This document shows positions 1 through 20,000 of a stretch of DNA of 20,000 bases, piece after piece. Under the pieces are notes generated by a model. The model was not told the DNA's origin and ran no database searches. It was given only the letters and a program-made list of their open reading frames with translations. The position numbers and the translations under genes are program-made. Every line of letters begins with the position of its first letter. Within the stretch, counting starts at the first letter, position 1. The DNA comes from Catajapyx aquilonaris (lineage: Eukaryota): the NCBI GenBank assembly GCA_000934665.2, contig KZ538420.1:51925-71924 (forward strand), in the 5' to 3' direction.

Positions 1-399
1 TAGGATCGTGGTCAGGATCATGTGAAAGTGTTTTTATTCTTCTGAATAATCTATCAGTAGAGATTGCTGGGATCACGTCCATTAAAAATGATAATGTTTT
101 AATTATAAGCTCGATTTGTTTTCATCGCAACTAGAAATTTTCCTTCATTTGTAAAGAAGGGAAATCCAAAATAGGCCAGCAGTAGCTAATACTATAGGCC
201 TAATATAATTTATTATTCCCGGCCTCGTACGCCAAAAAAAAAAAGAGAGCGAATAACCCCTATTCATCAACACATCTGCCGTGGTGTGTATATACATACG
301 TAAAATCGTATTTATCCAGTGTAAAATACACCGACGCTTAGAAATAATTTTGTAACACCAGCTCTGAAATTCTCTCACGCAAACATCGCAAGATAGATA

Positions 400-1249
400 C
401 CGTAAAATGGGGTGAATAGGGACATTTTTTTTTGGTTTTGTGTGTGTGCGTGCTGTTGCTGTATAATTAGGGTGTACTGTATATTTAAAACTATGATATC
501 TTTGATCATTAGTCTTATTTTGTGTTTTAAGACGTGTTTGATGGCCAAAAATGGTTACAAATTATTATATCACACCTATTTGGTAGTTGTAGCCTATTTA
601 AAATTGCATAGGCAATAGAAATAATGTCCTAGCACTGAAAGCTACAGGTCTACCCTATAGGGTTTGGACCTTAACCCAAAAATACGGCATATTTTCCCAA
701 TTCAAATTATTATTGTTAAAATGCTATAACCTTTTTTTTAAAAAACCAATGTTCCCATTCTCCCCACTGCTGCAAAAAACGCAAGTTTTTACAAAAAATC
801 GCAGGAATTTTCAAAGTTCAGCAATTTTAAGTTTAGAGATCTCAAATGACTTAGCACTATAAACACCACTGCATTCCACTGTGTATTCACCAAAGCGAAC
901 CTAACCACCAGACTGAATCACACCAAGCAGTTTGTATAGGCTTTTAAAAAAAATACGCCAAATCATGCCAATGAACAAGTACCGTACGTATTTTTTTAGA
1001 AGTTATGTCTACGGCAATTCATAGAGAACGAACTTTCCTTCACTCATGCTATAACCAGAGAACGATCTGACGTCATCCTCCATTGTTGCTGTTTGTTGAC
1101 ACTGTTTACTCATATGGTTCTGTGAGGTTATTTCCATGGAAACCTGCTCAATAAATCAGATCGTTCTCTCATTTTCCGTACATTATTTAGACATTTTTCA
1201 ATTTTTTTTACGCCTAATTTAATTGTCTCTATTCACCCCCATTTTGAGG
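400..1249. mobile_element. non-autonomous TA-flanked DNA transposon (pogo/Tc1-mariner superfamily MITE), about 850 bp
   Basis: TA|CCGTAAAATGGGGTGAATAGGGACA at 400 and TGTCTCTATTCACCCCCATTTTGAGG|TA ending at 1249 form an imperfect ~25-bp TIR pair with TA target duplication; no coding capacity. Confidence 0.75.
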
Positions 1250-1379
1250 TACTGTGCCACCTTTTCTCTCCATCTATCTCCATCTATTTATCTGTATAAT
1301 TATCTTCTAATTTGAGCCAGATAGGCATAGTTGGTTATAGTTTTTCCGACTACAAAATCTGGAGCTGTACCAGCTGTTG

Positions 1380-15156
<13,777 letters not shown>

Positions 15157-17160
15157 TGGACTTCCGATCACAGTTCACCCAGCGTACATTTGCATTATCT
15201 ATACTTGTAATCTTTATTCCAAGTTAATTTGAAAATTGACAACTAGTTGTCGTTTCCAGTTTTCGGACAAGCATTTTCACAGTTGTAGGCCTTAGTGTCA
15301 CTCTGTTTAAACCCGTTGCTCAAGTTGGAAGAATCATTGAAGGTGCTATTACAAAGGCAAAGAGACCATATTTAAAACAGGCATTTATTGCTTCATGGAT
15401 GTACAGTACACCCATGATAAAGCCAGGGCCCAATTCTATGATTAGGGCCAGTCTTAGCTGAACACCAGGCTTCACTTGTTTGGTGTGAAAGGGACAGGGT
15501 CAATTTAATAGAGCACATTTTTTGGATTTAAAATTTCACCCCTTCCCTATATTTCATGATCATGTTTCTGAGGTAGTTGGACAAATGTCTGGATCTTATA
15601 AGTCGCGCTTAATGATGTAGGCTTTAACTACTTGCCATGTTATATCATGCTGGTCACGTTATAACATCTGATGCTCATTATTGCTTGGCCAAAAGATATC
15701 AAGGTAACATTGTATGATTCGTTTTTATGTGACGCAGGATTTCATAGCTCTATTGGAGCATTTTAAACAATATCTTAGGTGACAGATAGACCTGGGCATC
15801 TGGGCTACATAGCATGTAGGGATCTCCATTTACTTCACCAGTTTAGAGGTCAGCTACATATCCCAAGAAAACAAACTTTTCAAAGCATAACTAAATTATT
15901 TGCCTTAGTTTAATTATGATAATATCGTGATGCCATAATAATGAGGCTGACAAAGTAATGGAATATTCAGAAGAGAGGAACTATTGCTTAATTAGGAAAA
16001 CTGAAATTGCCATGTGACCAAATTAAAATTCCCTGAACCAGATCTAAGCCATCCTACCTTTCGAGCTCAACCTAAAGCAGCTGCATAACATGCTTGAGCA
16101 GACTCTGCGAGTGAATGCTTTAGGTTTTTGGCTTTGAATTTTCCCACTTGCAAGCCATCTCCCCCTCCCAAATATTCAATTGCATCATAAATCTTGGCAT
16201 GTGTATGCTTGACTTTTAGAAGACAATTTATGCGAGGTTTCCATTGCAATCAATTTATCTAGTTTATTTTATACTTTTTGAAATGAAGTGACAGGCCAAT
16301 ATACCATGTCCTCAGCTAGGTGCAATCTATAACTTCAGTAGAAGTCATTTTATTCTCACTGTCAGTCTCAATGTTGCAAAGATATTTGTCAAAATCTTGG
16401 CAATGAGTTTTGAAGATGGCATTGAAAGTAATAGTGGCAGTCTGCTAGGTATTATTTTCATGGAGAAATATGAAGTTGTATCTACAGTCCAATATTAAGC
16501 TTCCTAAGAAGTTTGTCCATGTTATAATTAAGCTAACAATTTTTTGCAGTATCTGTCAAGTAATAATTGAGGTCACAAGCCAAACTCTGCTTTCAACAAG
16601 TGTACAGGGGAACTTGACCTGAGTGTGTATGCTATGGGCAGCACTGATGATTAACTCTCTGATTATTAATATCTGTACTAGATTGATCCTGTTTTAGGTG
16701 GTAGCAGCATGCCGGAATGGACTCCACCACAACATTCACTGGATGCATGGCAGAAAACTGTCCAAAAAGTCTTGTCTGCCCACATTAAATTGATGACGAC
16801 GTCCTGACATGCTGCTAAATTCGCATTGCCAGAATGAGAAAATGTCCTATGGTCATGATGTGGCAGTGCAGGATTTCATTTATACAAACACACCACGCAT
16901 GCCCCACTAATAGGGAGAGGTGGCTATTGAAATCTACTATTGGGAAAGCCACATGTTATTTAGCATTCTGTTTGTTTTGGTGTCATACACGACGTCGTCA
17001 TGATGTTCATAATCATACCGTATTGTAGGTGGTTCGCTAGATTTTTAAATTCCGTGGTGGGTTACCTCAGTAACTTCTTAGTTTTTGCATGTCAGTGCCT
17101 GAATATGAAGTGTCACCTACTGTGTTACTACAGCAATAGGCAACCTTTTTTTAAGTGGGG

Positions 17161-17180
17161 GAGAGAGAGAGAGAGAGAGA
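17161..17180. repeat. (GA)10 microsatellite
   Basis: Directly visible dinucleotide run. Confidence 0.9.
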
Positions 17181-17235
17181 TGAACATCATTTTCTCTCTT
17201 AATAACATACCAATTGTCTCCACGTTTAAGTGCCC

Positions 17236-17241
17236 AATAAA
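17236..17241 (+). terminator. candidate polyadenylation signal (first AATAAA I found after the stop codon; a second lies at 17422)
   Basis: Motif only. ATTAAA variants occur earlier (16022, 16784), so the true 3' end is undetermined. Confidence 0.2.
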
Positions 17242-17779
17242 CCAGATTTATGGATAATAGCAAAGTCATCTGCCCCCATATGCAAGGATTAGACTCTCAA
17301 GCATGCATATGGTAAAAAGCTGAGACATCTTGCAAATGTCGCAATTTCATCGTGTCGCTCAATTCTTCAATGTGTAAATTTTAGTCTTGCGGGGATGATT
17401 TGGTATGATTTAGACATGTCCAATAAAAGTTGTAAAGTGCTGTACATGCTCCCAGACAGACTGACTGACTGCAAAACTTCATCACTTCTACTTAGGGGCC
17501 ATAGGAGCCAAAAAGATTTTAGCATTCATTACCATGTTACTGGGTATTACGGGTCTCCAGTTTATTTGGAAGCGATGAAAATACATCGAAAAACAATGTT
17601 AGGGTATAAAAATGTCAGGAACATATGATTGCATGCAGGAAAAGTTCATATGTGGCTCTTCAATTCATACATAAAGGCCATTGTGTAGACTGTAGAGCCT
17701 TGTTTGCAGTACAATTACATGCCTACCCTGCTAATGTGGCTCATAGTGACAATGCAGTCACAATTTCCAGTGGGCATAA

Positions 17780-18601
17780 CATGCAGGGTGAAGTTGACAG
17801 CAAAATGCCTAAGTCAAGTACATGTAGTTTTTTGTAGTTTGAATGTACAACATTTTATGGATGAGGGAAACAATTGAAATCTTTCATAAAGGAGAGAAAC
17901 CATAATGCCTCACCATGAAAATGCATATCCTCTTGTAACATTAATCCATGACACTACATGGGACTCACAAAGTTGGTCATTATTTACTTTAGCATGATTA
18001 CCTCTAAATGTGGAGGGTTTTCTCTGATTTTTAGAAGGGAGAATGTGTTGATACTGATCATGTACATTAGTTGTTGCCTTGTCATTATATTTTACTGTCC
18101 AGGTCATGTTTCCCTTGTTGCGTGTTGAAAGTAACACTGTACAGTGGTCGAAAATGAGGGAAATGCTTGCCAGAACTAAACCTGTCAATATGTTATTTCA
18201 CCATGTCATGTGGGGTTTGAAAATGTGCAGCATTGTAGCATGCAAATGGTGAAGCTGGACTGAATCAGGAACTCGAATGAGTTCACTGGAAAACTGGTGG
18301 TATGTCTACTCCAATCCTAAATTTACGGTAGAGGATATCAAGATTATGACATCCTGTACTGCATTTGTGATCAGAGCCATCACTGGAATTCCTGTGAATT
18401 TGTTGGGAGATACTGACCCAGTCTGCCTTAATATCTTTGTCCTCTTTTACCATTTTCATGAATATTCGAAAGTACAAAACATTCATTGCTTATTATATTG
18501 CCTCAAATAGCTCCAAAAGCACAAAATTTTAAACATGAAATGGTTATTTTTATTTGTCTGTACTTGATTGGTGATAATATGATGGTGATTTCTACACCCT
18601 G
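17780..18601 (-). mobile_element. possible highly decayed Tc1/mariner-family transposon relic
   Basis: CAGGGTG-type terminus at 18601 (minus strand) and another at 17784 (plus strand). A minus-strand peptide KILRQTGSVSPNKFTGIP resembles the ETGSV...GRP motif of these transposases. The remainder is barely alignable. Confidence 0.25.
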
Positions 18602-20000
18602 TGAAGTATGTGTCCAAGGAAGCTGTGAAAGTGAATGCTTAAAATTAATGGAAATTGCATTATTAGTAATTATTTTGTGAATTGGTTTGAAGAAGAAAAA
18701 GTGTAAATGAACATGCAAATGAGACAAAGCATGTGAAATGGTCATACAACAAAGGGCTACTCTGCTTCATTATGCTGCATATTAATTGTATTAAAATAAT
18801 AAGTCAAGAAGTTATGTAATGTTTTCTAAAGGATTTTTTCCTCAGTACACACCACTGAACATTGGTATGACCATTTGTATCTACCACTACTATTGTGAGA
18901 AACTTTGATATTTTATTGTCTTCCCATATTACAAGCTTGTTCATCTCCAAGTTACATATTTAAGAAAAATACTTGTAATCCCACACGAAACCAGTGAAGG
19001 ATCAAACGGGTTGTGTATTTGCCACATACTCGTACAACTGGAGTATCCCTTGCAGGTCAAGATGTGGGAACATCCCAATTATATTTATTTATTTTGTTAA
19101 GAAAGTGTGATGTGTTTAGGAAGATCAATAACTTATTAATATAATTACTCGTATAGTCTTAGCCGTTAATCATGTGTGTTCAACATAACTTGTAAAAAAT
19201 GGTGAGCTCACGTTATATTTCTAATTGTGACTGAATGTTTGTTGATGCAGGGAAGGAGTTAGAGCTGGACTCTGGCCTCTGCGTACTTTTAAGTCTGATG
19301 TTTGAAAAGCACTAATTTAATTAAAGCTCATAATAATTTGTGATCCGATTGATTTTGATGGAGTTCACCCTCCGGTTTGGTGAATATTTTAAATTGTCAT
19401 CATTGAGGATATTAATTGCAATTGGGAACAGTGGGTGTGTCCTTGTGATAACCTTGTTTTATGCTTTAATTTAACTAGGGTGTGTCGATTATACACTGCA
19501 TATCTAGCACACAATGTGAAGAACATTTATATACAGGTTGTGCTACAATAGCAGAGAATGTACCTACTATGTAGAGTCGACTGAAAATTAATCTGTACCG
19601 TAGGAGACGAAGTTCATACTTGAACCTAATCTCATGATTTTCTTGACCGTGAAAGCGTAAGTGGATAACAGAGGAAAATAGGATTGGCTGGCATTCGAGC
19701 ATCTTTGTGAATGTGTTTCATGTCATGAGTGTGTATATGAAATTGTGCATGTTAAGACTTGAAATAAATGTATTCACCTTCTGTTTTGTTGTTTGTTCAA
19801 TGACAATAATAAGGTAACCCAATGAAGGAACAGTTTTTGAATAGCTAGCTGCGGCACCTGGCGCTGCCCGGGAAGAAATGAATGAAGGGAAAACACCTGC
19901 CAGTACCCCCGTCAACTGTCTGTCTTTCTGTGTGTCCGGCCACCAATGCCATCTGTGGTCCTGCTACTCCAACACCTTCAACCTCTCCCGCCTGTATAAT

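Noticed and set aside
15200..19800. Numerous 60-92 aa ORFs downstream of the gene
   Set aside because: AT-rich, no recognisable domains or consistent splice structure; consistent with 3' UTR, intergenic DNA and decayed repeats
19890..19995. SH3-like peptide (ERLKVLE*QDHRWHWW...GVFPS) on the minus strand
   Set aside because: Contains an in-frame stop and the resemblance is superficial

Overview
Eukaryotic (animal, most likely arthropod-like invertebrate) genomic DNA, not prokaryotic. The window holds one complete, intact 16-exon protein-coding gene on the + strand (ATG 1669 to TGA 15156). I assembled it by hand from GT-AG junctions: 2112 nt CDS, 703 aa. It encodes a SEC14-like 1 / real-time (retm) protein with PRELI/MSF1, CRAL-TRIO and GOLD domains. 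A CpG-rich 5' region precedes it, with a 3-codon uORF. The introns and 5' flank are packed with non-autonomous transposon relics: TA-flanked Tc1/mariner/pogo-type MITEs, two rearranged mariner derivatives lying 30 bp apart (one carrying a nested MITE), several long foldback palindromes, and two copies of a tRNA-derived SINE. Most ORFs in the supplied track are artefacts of exon read-through or inverted repeats. I see no evidence of a new multi-gene system. The most interesting signals are the transposon rearrangements, the load of long hairpins in this pre-mRNA, and a few splicing and translation-control candidates.
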